Shown in pieces: positions 27,949-35,757 of a stretch of 64,000 nt of DNA. The first letter of the stretch is position 1; each line of letters opens with the position of its first letter. The notes under the pieces are model-generated. The model was not told the DNA's origin and did no database searches. It was given only the letters and a program-made list of their open reading frames with translations. Source of the stretch: Candidatus Brennerbacteria bacterium (GTDB lineage: Bacteria; Patescibacteriota; Minisyncoccia; UBA6257; GWB1-50-10); contig JAZDNP010000015.1 in the NCBI GenBank assembly GCA_043799565.1, positions 12,557 through 76,556 of the forward strand, in the 5' to 3' direction. The position numbers and the translations under genes are program-made.

Positions 27949-29681
27949 CCTCCAAAACCCCCACATTTAATGTGGCACTAAATGCGATTTTTGATACGCT
28001 CGTCCCGCACGAACGAACGTGTGCGTGGTGCGGAGAGAAATTCCAGGTGGAGAAGGAGGACATTGATTTCTACCGGATGCTCCGTGTACCTCCACCAACG
28101 TGGTGCCCGGAGTGCCGTGAAAAGAGGCGATTCGGACACTTGATGAGGATGATGAAGTTTTTCAAACGACCGTGTAGCGCGCCAGGTCACAGTGAAAACG
28201 TTATTTCCGTCATTCCACCCGCGGCGCCACATAAAACTTTTGATTTTTCGTATTGGCATTCGGACGCGTGGGATGCGGCAACGTTTGGATGCGCATATGA
28301 CGTTGCGAAACCATTCGGGGAGCAATTCCGTGCTCTATTCCTTGATGTGCCACATGTTCCATTGGAACGAGATCCTGCGGCGGTAAATTCGGACTACGCG
28401 GTGGGTGGAACTGCATCAAAAAACGTTTACTTTTCGGGGATGGCGCTTGATTGCGAGAACATTTTTTATTCCTACGATAGCCGTTACAGCCACGACCTCG
28501 TGGATTGCAATGAAGTAAGCAATTCCGGGAACTGCTATGGCGCGATTTGTTCCGCGTACAGCGAGCGATGCCGTTTTATTATCGGGTGTTCCCATTGTCT
28601 AGACTGCGATTTCCTCTATGAATGCAAGCATTGTTCGCATTGTTTTATGTCGGCGAACTTGAGAAACAAGTCCTACATGTTCCGCAATGAGCAACTCTCA
28701 AAAGAGGAATACGAGGAGCGAATGCGCGAAATTAGGACAGGCGAGCGGATCCAAATAGAGGCACTTCATAAAGAGTTTGAGGACGTTATGGCGCGTTCGT
28801 TGAGGCGCGCGGTTCAGACGGTGCACACCACAGATTCCGTGGGGGACAGTTTGAGCGAATGCAACCGATGTTTCTTTGCCTTCAGATCGGAAAAAGTCGA
28901 AAACGCGCGGTATGTAGCGAACGTTTTTTCCGCGCATGACCTTATGGACACATTGAACAACATACAAACAGAGCAGTCGTACGAAAACATTGTTATCGGA
29001 TGGGGGAGCAAGAATTATTTTTCAATGTACCTCCGCCACTCGTCATCCATGGAGTATTGTTCCGAGTGCCTCCGTTGTGCCGATTGTTTCGGATGCGTTG
29101 GGCTCAAAGATAAGAAATTTCACATTTTTAACGTGCCGCATCCTGAAGATGAATATTGGCGGCGCGTGGATGAGCTGAAGACCGCAATGCTTGCGCGCGG
29201 CGAATATGGAGAATTTTTCCCGCTCACGCTCGGTCTTTTTCCGTACCAAACGTCAAATGCGCAGAAAGAATTTCCTATCACTGAAAAGGAGGCGCAACAG
29301 CGGGAAATCCCCTGGTACGCCGAATCCTCGTCCGATATTTCCACAAACCTACGGGTCCGCAAAGCGCCCGCCGAGGTCCCCAAAGACATTAAGGATGTTA
29401 CCGATGGGATTCTCAATGATGCCATTGCATGCGAGGTAAGCGGCAAGCCATTTCGCATCACAAAAGACGAGCTCGCGTTCTACCGTAAAATGGAACTTCC
29501 GCTCCCCACAAAACATCCTTGGGAACGAATGCGGGAGCGGGGACGATGGGAACATGGATTTTGGCTCTCGCCTTTCATGTGTCCAAAATGCAAGGAACAG
29601 TCCTGGTCGGTGTATAACAAGGAAGAGCAGCGGCGCTTCGAGATCTATTGCGAATCGTGTTATCTCAAGGAGGTGATATAA
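27945..29681 (+). CDS. Cys-rich multi-zinc-ribbon protein, copy 9 of 10 (CS-x-PGH subtype, divergent N-terminus)
   Basis: Begins MTSKTPTFNV at the ATGA overlap. CAWCGEKF...CPECREKRR zinc ribbon, then CSAPGHSEN. C-terminal CEVSGKPFRI subtype with a degenerate terminal ribbon. Confidence 0.75.
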   Translation: MTSKTPTFNVALNAIFDTLVPHERTCAWCGEKFQVEKEDIDFYRMLRVPPPTWCPECREKRRFGHLMRMMKFFKRPCSAPGHSENVISVIPPAAPHKTFDFSYWHSDAWDAATFGCAYDVAKPFGEQFRALFLDVPHVPLERDPAAVNSDYAVGGTASKNVYFSGMALDCENIFYSYDSRYSHDLVDCNEVSNSGNCYGAICSAYSERCRFIIGCSHCLDCDFLYECKHCSHCFMSANLRNKSYMFRNEQLSKEEYEERMREIRTGERIQIEALHKEFEDVMARSLRRAVQTVHTTDSVGDSLSECNRCFFAFRSEKVENARYVANVFSAHDLMDTLNNIQTEQSYENIVIGWGSKNYFSMYLRHSSSMEYCSECLRCADCFGCVGLKDKKFHIFNVPHPEDEYWRRVDELKTAMLARGEYGEFFPLTLGLFPYQTSNAQKEFPITEKEAQQREIPWYAESSSDISTNLRVRKAPAEVPKDIKDVTDGILNDAIACEVSGKPFRITKDELAFYRKMELPLPTKHPWERMRERGRWEHGFWLSPFMCPKCKEQSWSVYNKEEQRRFEIYCESCYLKEVI

Positions 29682-29689
29682 TTGTGCCG

Positions 29690-31057
29690 ATGGCCGAGCA
29701 GAAAAAACCAGGGCGGAGGGTGTCCGATATCGTTCGCCGTAAGGTGAACGTTTCACCGCCGAAACGTGCCGTAAAGAAAGAAGCGGAAGCACCGGAACCG
29801 GTTAAGGAAGAGATGCAGGTGTTTTTTGCTCCCCAAATCCGTGAGATGAGGATAGATGAAGGGCCGCCGCCGAAAGAGGAGGAAGAAATCTCAAAACAGT
29901 TTGTTCGACGCAAACACTCACGGCGAGGCCTCCGTGTGGGAGCGATTGTAATCACGGTGATTATCCTTCTAGGCGCGGGCGCATGGTTTTTGCTTCCGAA
30001 GGCGGTGGTGACGCTTACCATGAAGAAATCTCTGGTCACGCTATCTGAAACGGTGGTGGTTGCCGCGGACATTTTGCTCCACAACGTTCCTTCTGCGGTG
30101 ATGGTGCCCGGCGAAGCATTGGAGGCGAGGGCGAATCTCACGCTCCCTTTCACCGCACAGAATACCGAGACGGTCTCCGCGCGCGCGACCGGCGTTCTTA
30201 CTGTCTACAACTCATACAGTTCCGCACCCCAATCGCTTGTTACGAATACGCGCTTTGAATCACCGGACAAAAAAATATTTCGGCTTACGCGGCAGGTGAT
30301 CGTACCGGGCGCAAAGGTGGAGAACGGCAAAGTAACACCGTCGTCCATTGAGGTGTCGGTAACGGCCGATGAGGCGGGTGAAACCTACAATCTTCCCGCG
30401 TCTTCCGGATGGCGCATCCCGGGATTTGCGGGTAGGCCGCAGTATGAAGGATTCTATGCGGAGGCGAAGCAGGGAATGAAGGGAGGATTTATCGGGGAGC
30501 GCGCGAAACCTTCTGCGGCGGAACTCGCGAATGCGCGTGCGAAACTTCTAGATGGTCTTACCGACGCGCTTCAGGGCCAATTCCTTATCATCCTCTCCGA
30601 CCGCTTCACGGCGCTTCCCGGGAGCAGACGCGTGACACTGGTGGCGGAAGATGTGTCACCAGATGCCGAAGATACTCACACTTTCCATCTTTTCGGCGAG
30701 GCGGTAATGAAGCAAATTGTGTTTGAGGAGCCAACCTTGAAAGACGCTCTTATCGCGAAGGCAAGCGCCTCGCTTCCTAAAGAACTCGCGGTGAAAGAAT
30801 TCTCCTACACGCTCGGCACGAGCACGGTGGATTTCACAAAGAACACGCTCTCAATTCCCGTAACGGGCGAGGGAATATTTACGGAGATATTCGATGCGGA
30901 CGCATTCCGCGCGGAAATGGCGGGGAAGCGCGAGGAAGAATTGAAAGCCGCGGTATTCGCCATTCCCGGTGTAGAAACCGCTACCGTATCGCTCTCGCCG
31001 TTTTTCGTGCGCTCCGTACCCACGGACGTGGATAAAATTGAAGTGATTGTGGAGTAG
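29690..31057 (+). CDS. Hypothetical single-pass membrane protein: basic cytoplasmic N-terminus, one TM segment and a large extracytoplasmic domain. It follows the array by 9 nt and is probably in the same operon.
   Basis: A TM helix GAIVITVIILLGAGAWFLL follows about 95 K/R/E-rich residues. The ATG is at 29690; a GTG at 29684 is also possible. Confidence 0.5.
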   Translation: MAEQKKPGRRVSDIVRRKVNVSPPKRAVKKEAEAPEPVKEEMQVFFAPQIREMRIDEGPPPKEEEEISKQFVRRKHSRRGLRVGAIVITVIILLGAGAWFLLPKAVVTLTMKKSLVTLSETVVVAADILLHNVPSAVMVPGEALEARANLTLPFTAQNTETVSARATGVLTVYNSYSSAPQSLVTNTRFESPDKKIFRLTRQVIVPGAKVENGKVTPSSIEVSVTADEAGETYNLPASSGWRIPGFAGRPQYEGFYAEAKQGMKGGFIGERAKPSAAELANARAKLLDGLTDALQGQFLIILSDRFTALPGSRRVTLVAEDVSPDAEDTHTFHLFGEAVMKQIVFEEPTLKDALIAKASASLPKELAVKEFSYTLGTSTVDFTKNTLSIPVTGEGIFTEIFDADAFRAEMAGKREEELKAAVFAIPGVETATVSLSPFFVRSVPTDVDKIEVIVE

Positions 31058-31242
31058 CAAAGATTCTCCACCTCGCTCAAAATTCTCCGCGCGCTGAAAT
31101 TCTCCTCGTTCACTCGCTCCTCGGCACCCTTGCTCGCCCTTACGGGCGGGGGTCCTGCCTCGGGACGCGGTTTGCTCGGGAATTTTCACGCGCCCTCCGA
31201 ACACATTCGCTCGTTGGGGAATCTTCTTATGCTTTTGTAGGT

Positions 31243-31275
31243 AAAAAAAACGGCAGGCTCCGAGGAACCTGCCGG
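31243..31275 (-). terminator. Rho-independent terminator for the minus-strand gene 31318-31785 (stem cggcagg/cctgccg; the minus-strand RNA ends in UUUUUUUU)
   Basis: The plus strand reads aaaaaaaacggcaggctccgaggaacctgccg. The hairpin may also stop plus-strand read-through from the array. Confidence 0.5.
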
Positions 31276-31317
31276 TAAGATGAAGCCTTTCCTTGTACCT
31301 TGAAGCGGCCGTGGGTG

Positions 31318-31785
31318 TTAGCAGAACGTCGTCGAGAAGTGACTGCCGTTTCGTGCTGTTGCCCTCGTGAGATCTCCGGTCGTCGCGTCATTGGCCATCG
31401 CGAAGTTGGAATCGACTCCGAACGTGGTGTCGCATTCCCGCTGTTCGACGTTCTTCGCGGTCGGGCTGGCGCGGGTCGTGTACGCGTAGTCGTAGGTTGT
31501 CAAAGCGCTCGAGGTGAGGTCCATTTGCCGGATACTCATCGCATCGTACGCTTCGATCGGTGCGGCGCGTGCCACGGGTTCTCCGATGGCGGTCTCCTCG
31601 ATCAGGTCGACGGCGACATACTCCGAGTACTCCATACCGATCTGTATGGGAGCGGCGCGACTCGTTGCCGGCGCTTCGTCGTGCGCACGGGCCACGGATA
31701 TCGCAGGGATCACGGCGAGCATTCCGATGACGAGCACAATGGCCGTAATCGGAGCCCGAATGAGAGCTCTCATGAGGGTCCTCAT
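31318..31785 (-). CDS. Hypothetical secreted protein (signal peptide)
   Basis: 155 aa. N-terminus MRTLMRALIRAPITAIVLVIGMLAVIPAISVARA | HDE. A strong SD AGGAGG lies 4-5 nt upstream on the minus strand. Confidence 0.5.
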   Translation of the reverse strand: MRTLMRALIRAPITAIVLVIGMLAVIPAISVARAHDEAPATSRAAPIQIGMEYSEYVAVDLIEETAIGEPVARAAPIEAYDAMSIRQMDLTSSALTTYDYAYTTRASPTAKNVEQRECDTTFGVDSNFAMANDATTGDLTRATARNGSHFSTTFC

Positions 31786-31922
31786 AGTGCCTCCTGGAGT
31801 TGGTGGTGGTGAAAGGGAAGGTGGTTTGAAAGGTGCATCATGCCCCGGCAGACCTATCTACTCTTGGGACAATAGACAGATAGTACCATATCCTTTCTCA
31901 ATATCAAGAAAGCCCGCTCATA

Positions 31923-31951
31923 TTGACACTTTTCCGCTATTTCCTTATATT
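31923..31951 (+). promoter_or_regulatory. Sigma70-like promoter TTGACA-17-TATATT upstream of infA
   Basis: -35 at 31923-31928 and -10 at 31946-31951, about 21 nt before the infA ATG. Confidence 0.5.
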
Positions 31952-31972
31952 TGAACGGCACATACCGAGTGA

Positions 31973-32194
31973 ATGGCCGAAGAATCACGAACGATACGGT
32001 TAGAGGGGATCGTGGAGGAATCACTCCCGGGGCTTACGTTTCGCGTAACGCTTAAGGAGAAGGGGACGAGCGTCCTCGCACACCTCGGCGGTAAGATGAA
32101 AATAAACCGTATCCGTGTGATACCGGGCGACACGGTGGTGGTTGAGATGAGTCCTTATGATCTTACGAGGGGACGCATCGTGCGGAGACAATAA
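31973..32194 (+). CDS. infA: Translation initiation factor IF-1
   Basis: 73 aa. ...[27 protein letters not shown] is a canonical IF-1 S1-fold. Confidence 0.9.
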   Translation: MAEESRTIRLEGIVEESLPGLTFRVTLKEKGTSVLAHLGGKMKINRIRVIPGDTVVVEMSPYDLTRGRIVRRQ

Positions 32195-32210
32195 ATGGCT
32201 TTTTTTGTTT

Positions 32211-32324
32211 ATGAAAGTTCGCGCATCGGTAAAAAAGATATGCATGAAATGCAAAGTCGTCCGCCGCAAGGGTCGGGTGTACGTGATTTGCACGAACAAG
32301 AAACATAAGCAACGCCAAGGCTAA
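32211..32324 (+). CDS. rpmJ: 50S ribosomal protein L36
   Basis: 37 aa, [37 protein letters not shown]. It falls below the ORF-track size cut-off and was found by reading the frame. Confidence 0.85.
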   Translation: MKVRASVKKICMKCKVVRRKGRVYVICTNKKHKQRQG

Positions 32325-32330
32325 CAATAT

Positions 32331-32714
32331 ATGCGCGTAGCAGGAGTCAACATTCCAGACGAAAAAAAGATACCGATAGCGCTTACCTATCTCTATGGGA
32401 TTGGTCGCGCGCGCGCAGAGGAAATAGTGACGGCGGCGAAGGTAGATTCGAAAAAGCGCGCGAAAGAGCTTTCACTTGAAGAAGTGAACCGTATTCAGTC
32501 CGCGATAGAGAAGACGACGAAAATAGAAGGAGAGCTCCGGCAGGTGGTGAAGCAAAACATCGCGCGCCTCAAAGACATCAAGGCATACCGTGGTGTGCGG
32601 CATCTCCGCAAACTTCCGGTACGTGGCCAGCGCACCAAAACGAACTCGCGCACGGTGCGGGGGAACGTGAGAAAGACCGCAGGAAGCGGCAAGCGCAAGG
32701 TTGAACTCAAATAA
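32331..32714 (+). CDS. rpsM: 30S ribosomal protein S13
   Basis: MRVAGVNIPDEKKIPIALTYLYGIGRARAEEI... is a canonical S13 N-terminus. Confidence 0.9.
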   Translation: MRVAGVNIPDEKKIPIALTYLYGIGRARAEEIVTAAKVDSKKRAKELSLEEVNRIQSAIEKTTKIEGELRQVVKQNIARLKDIKAYRGVRHLRKLPVRGQRTKTNSRTVRGNVRKTAGSGKRKVELK

Positions 32715-32715
32715 T

Positions 32716-33168
32716 ATGGGAAAGAAAAAAGTTGCGGCAAAAAGTGAAGCGGAGCTCGTGAAAGAGTCCGAGACGGTGGAAGCCACGGCGGCGAAAGAGG
32801 TAAGTAAAGCCGTTTCCACGCGTCTTTCGCATGGCCGCATCTACGTAAATGCTTCCTATAACAACACCATGATAACCGTGACCAACGACCAGGGCGACGT
32901 GGTTACGTGGATGTCTTCCGGCTCCATCGGATTTTCGGGTCCCAAAAAGGCAACCCCCTTCGCTGCCTCAAAGGTTGCGGAAGCGATCGCAGAGAAGGTG
33001 AAGAAGTCGGGCCCGGTGAATGTGGAGATTTTTGTGCGGGGAATCGGGAAAGGCAGGGATTCCGCGATCCGTACGCTCGCCGCAAAAGGATTCACTGTGG
33101 AGGGAGTGAAAGACATTACGCCAGTGCCGCACAACGGTCCGCGCCCGAGGAAGACGCGCCGCGTTTAA
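32716..33168 (+). CDS. rpsK: 30S ribosomal protein S11
   Basis: ...RIYVNASYNNTMITVTNDQGDVVTWMSSGSIGFSGPKKATPFAA... The ATG at 32716 follows the S13 stop; the ORF-track TTG start at 32701 lies inside rpsM. Confidence 0.9.
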   Translation: MGKKKVAAKSEAELVKESETVEATAAKEVSKAVSTRLSHGRIYVNASYNNTMITVTNDQGDVVTWMSSGSIGFSGPKKATPFAASKVAEAIAEKVKKSGPVNVEIFVRGIGKGRDSAIRTLAAKGFTVEGVKDITPVPHNGPRPRKTRRV

Positions 33169-33178
33169 TTTCAATACT

Positions 33179-33781
33179 ATGGCAGTCATACACGCAAAAG
33201 AAAAAAGGGAGAGGTCGCTCGGAGTAAAACTTTTCTTGAAGGGCGATCGTTGTAATTCTCCGAAATGCGCAACGGTACGTCGGCCGGAACGGCCCGGGCA
33301 ACACAAAGATGCGCGCCGTAACCTCTCGGAATACGGAAAGCAGTTGCAGGAGAAACAACGCATCCGAATATATTTTGGAATCACCAATCAGCAAATGGAA
33401 AAAATCTTCAGCGGTTCTCCCGTGGAAATCGCGAACCGGCTTGAAGGAAGGTTGGACCACACCGTGTTTGCGCTCGGAATTGCAAAATCTCCCCGCATCG
33501 GGCGTCAGCTCGTGTCGCATGGTCACATTGTCGTGAATGGTCGGAAGGTCAGCGCTTCATCCTATCAAGTGAGGGTAGGGGACGTGGTGGGCATCCGCCC
33601 GGAATCGCGCGGGTACAAACTCTTTGAGGAACTTGCGGAGAGGCTCAAGGAATACACGCCCCCCGGATGGCTTACGCTCGATATAGAAAAAAAAGAGGGA
33701 AAATGCGTGAAACTTCCGAGTCAGGATGACCACATGTTCCCGTTCGAAATAGCCCTCGCGAGCCAGTTCTACGCCAGATAA
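33179..33781 (+). CDS. rpsD: 30S ribosomal protein S4
   Basis: GVKLFLKGDRCNSPKCA...EKQRIRIYFGITNQQ... plus a C-terminal S4 RNA-binding domain. Confidence 0.9.
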   Translation: MAVIHAKEKRERSLGVKLFLKGDRCNSPKCATVRRPERPGQHKDARRNLSEYGKQLQEKQRIRIYFGITNQQMEKIFSGSPVEIANRLEGRLDHTVFALGIAKSPRIGRQLVSHGHIVVNGRKVSASSYQVRVGDVVGIRPESRGYKLFEELAERLKEYTPPGWLTLDIEKKEGKCVKLPSQDDHMFPFEIALASQFYAR

Positions 33782-33824
33782 CCATTGCCACTCGAAGCAT
33801 TTTAGGTTACGATAAAAACCGCCC

Positions 33825-34589
33825 ATGAAATACTCACACCTCAGCGAAACCGTTTCTATAAAGACCATTTCCGAAAAAGGGAATATGGGAGTGTTCCACA
33901 TTGAGGGCCTCTACACGGGGTATGGACACACGGTAGGCACCGCGTTCCGCAGGGCGCTCCTCTCCTCGCTTCCCGGAGCCGCCATCACACAAATAAAAGT
34001 GAAGGGAGTGGATCACGAGTTTTCAACCGTTCCGGGAATGATGGAGGACGTGGTGGAATTTACACTGAACCTGAAGAAGGTTCGCTTTCATTTTTTTGCG
34101 GACGAGCCGCAGGTACTGACATTGAAAGTAAAAGGAGAACGGGAGGTCACTGCGGCGGACATTGAAACAACGACGCTCGCAAAAGTGGTGAATCCCTCGC
34201 TCCACCTCTCAACGCTTACTAAGAAAACAGCAGAGTTGGATATGGAGATCACCGTGGAGAAGGGTTTGGGATATGTGCCGGCAGAGGCGCGCCGTTTGGA
34301 GCGGCTCCCGGTGGGAACCGTGGTCTTAGACGCCATCTTTTCGCCCGTGGTGCGCGTGTCGGCGACCGTGGAGAGCATGCGTGTCGGCGACCGCACCGAC
34401 TTCAACCGTCTCATCCTCGAGATAGAGACCGATGGATCCATTTCTCCTTCCGAGGCGCTCCATAAAGCGGGGAACATTTTGAAGGACCATTTTGAAAAAA
34501 TAGCCGCAGTCGAGGTGAAACCGCTCGCCGAAGCTCCCGAAGAGGGAAAGCGTGAAGGGACGAAGCGGAAGAAGTCCGCGAAGGAATAA
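33825..34589 (+). CDS. rpoA: DNA-directed RNA polymerase subunit alpha; only 254 aa, N-terminal domain with no recognisable alpha-CTD
   Basis: NTD-like HIEGLYTGYGHTVGTAFRRALLSSLPGAAITQIKVKGVDHEFST...; the protein ends in a short lysine-rich tail. Confidence 0.85.
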   Translation: MKYSHLSETVSIKTISEKGNMGVFHIEGLYTGYGHTVGTAFRRALLSSLPGAAITQIKVKGVDHEFSTVPGMMEDVVEFTLNLKKVRFHFFADEPQVLTLKVKGEREVTAADIETTTLAKVVNPSLHLSTLTKKTAELDMEITVEKGLGYVPAEARRLERLPVGTVVLDAIFSPVVRVSATVESMRVGDRTDFNRLILEIETDGSISPSEALHKAGNILKDHFEKIAAVEVKPLAEAPEEGKREGTKRKKSAKE

Positions 34590-34590
34590 C

Positions 34591-34941
34591 GTGCGGCACG
34601 CAAATAAGGGAAGGAAATTCGGCCGTGAGCGCGGACAGCGCAAAGCATTCCTCCGTAATCTTGCGGGGCAGCTCATCACTCGTGAGCGCATTACCACCAC
34701 CGAAGCGCGCGCAAAGGAGCTTCGCATGGTGGTTGAACGGTTTGTGACATACGGAAAGAAACAGAACGTGGCATCGCTCCGCAAACTCATCGAAAAACTT
34801 CCGAAGGCAGCAGCGTACAAGGCATATCACGAGCTTGGAGTCCGATACGCATCGCGTGCGGGCGGATACACACGCGTGATAAAAAGTGCGCGTGCAAGAA
34901 AGAGCGACGGTGCAAGAATGGCCGTCATAGAATTCGTATAA
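34591..34941 (+). CDS. rplQ: 50S ribosomal protein L17
   Basis: VRHANKGRKFGRERGQRKAFLRNLAGQLITRERITTTEARAKELR... A GTG start at 34591 follows the rpoA stop; the ORF-track start at 34552 lies inside rpoA. Confidence 0.85.
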   Translation: MRHANKGRKFGRERGQRKAFLRNLAGQLITRERITTTEARAKELRMVVERFVTYGKKQNVASLRKLIEKLPKAAAYKAYHELGVRYASRAGGYTRVIKSARARKSDGARMAVIEFV

Positions 34942-34943
34942 CC

Positions 34944-35285
34944 ATGGAACACACCATTGACGCAAAAGGGAAGAGGCTTGGGCGGATAGCGTCCGAAATC
35001 GCGGGCATTCTCCAAGGGAAGCATTCCACCTCATACGAGCCACGCGTGGAAGGGAGCGACCATGTGGTGGTAACAAATGTAAAGGCACTTGCACTCTCTG
35101 AGCGGAAACTCATAGGGAAGTTCTACTATCGCCACACCGGCCCTCTGGGGCACCTTAAAGTGCGTTCCATGAAGGACGTGTTTGCAAAGAATCCCGCATG
35201 GGTTTTGCGGAATGCGGTGCGTCTTATGCTTCCGAAAAACAAATTGCTTGCCCGCAGAATGAAGCGGCTCACCGTCAGCAAATAA
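34944..35285 (+). CDS. rplM: 50S ribosomal protein L13
   Basis: 113 aa, ...RLGRIASEIAGILQGKH... canonical L13 fold. Confidence 0.9.
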   Translation: MEHTIDAKGKRLGRIASEIAGILQGKHSTSYEPRVEGSDHVVVTNVKALALSERKLIGKFYYRHTGPLGHLKVRSMKDVFAKNPAWVLRNAVRLMLPKNKLLARRMKRLTVSK

Positions 35286-35288
35286 TTT

Positions 35289-35723
35289 ATGACCAAAGTT
35301 ACAGCAAAAAAGCCGCAACCGGCGAAAAGGGAAGAGCGCTACGTATCCGCGGTGGGGCGCCGCAAGACCGCGGTAGCCACCGCCAAACTTACCGTAGGCG
35401 GCAAGGGCATCGTAGTTATAGTGAATGATCGTGAACTCAAAAAGTATTTTCCCTTGAAGAAACTTCAGACAACGGTAACCGCGCCTTTCGTGGCGTCCTC
35501 CATGAATGATTGCGCGGTTTATGTACGCGCGCACGGAGGCGGCATACGTGCACAAGCGGAAGCGGTACGGCTCGCGATTGCCCGTGCACTCGTGACCATT
35601 GATGCCGCGAACCGCCCCCGCCTCAAAACGCTCGGATTTTTGAAGCGCGATCCGCGCATGGTGGAACGTAAGAAACCAGGACTTCGGAAAGCACGCCGGC
35701 CGCAACAGTGGAGAAAGCGTTAG
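35289..35723 (+). CDS. rpsI: 30S ribosomal protein S9
   Basis: ...AVGRRKTAVATAKL...GGGIRAQAEAVRLAIARAL...RDPRMVERKKPGLRKARRPQQWRKR. Confidence 0.9.
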   Translation: MTKVTAKKPQPAKREERYVSAVGRRKTAVATAKLTVGGKGIVVIVNDRELKKYFPLKKLQTTVTAPFVASSMNDCAVYVRAHGGGIRAQAEAVRLAIARALVTIDAANRPRLKTLGFLKRDPRMVERKKPGLRKARRPQQWRKR

Positions 35724-35726
35724 CAT

Positions 35727-35757
35727 AAACCCCGCCATCGGCGGGGTTTATGTTATT
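35727..35757 (+). terminator. Rho-independent terminator after rpsI (stem ccccgcc/ggcgggg, loop atc, then TTTATGTTATT)
   Basis: Read directly; it lies between two convergent genes. Confidence 0.55.

Noticed and set aside
31058-31242. Direct repeat aaattctcc x2 (31071-31098) and GC hairpins (cgccc-ttac-gggcg; gtcc...ggac) in the spacer after the array operon
   Set aside because: The hairpins are short and not followed by U-tracts; they are likely incidental. The convincing terminator is the A-tract/hairpin/T-tract element at 31243-31275.
35031-35738. 235-aa minus-strand ORF overlapping rplM and rpsI, plus similar antisense ORFs opposite uvrC (2901-3635), the FAD oxidase (5950-6621), the sigma-like gene (8962-9828), rseP (39933-40625), mreC/mreD (44885-45808), lysS (48221-49126), dnaK (55218-55964) and dnaJ (57568-58605)
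   Set aside because: Each lies opposite a gene with unambiguous conserved-family signatures. The compositions are biased toward Arg/Ser/Pro/His, and no RBS or promoter context is present.
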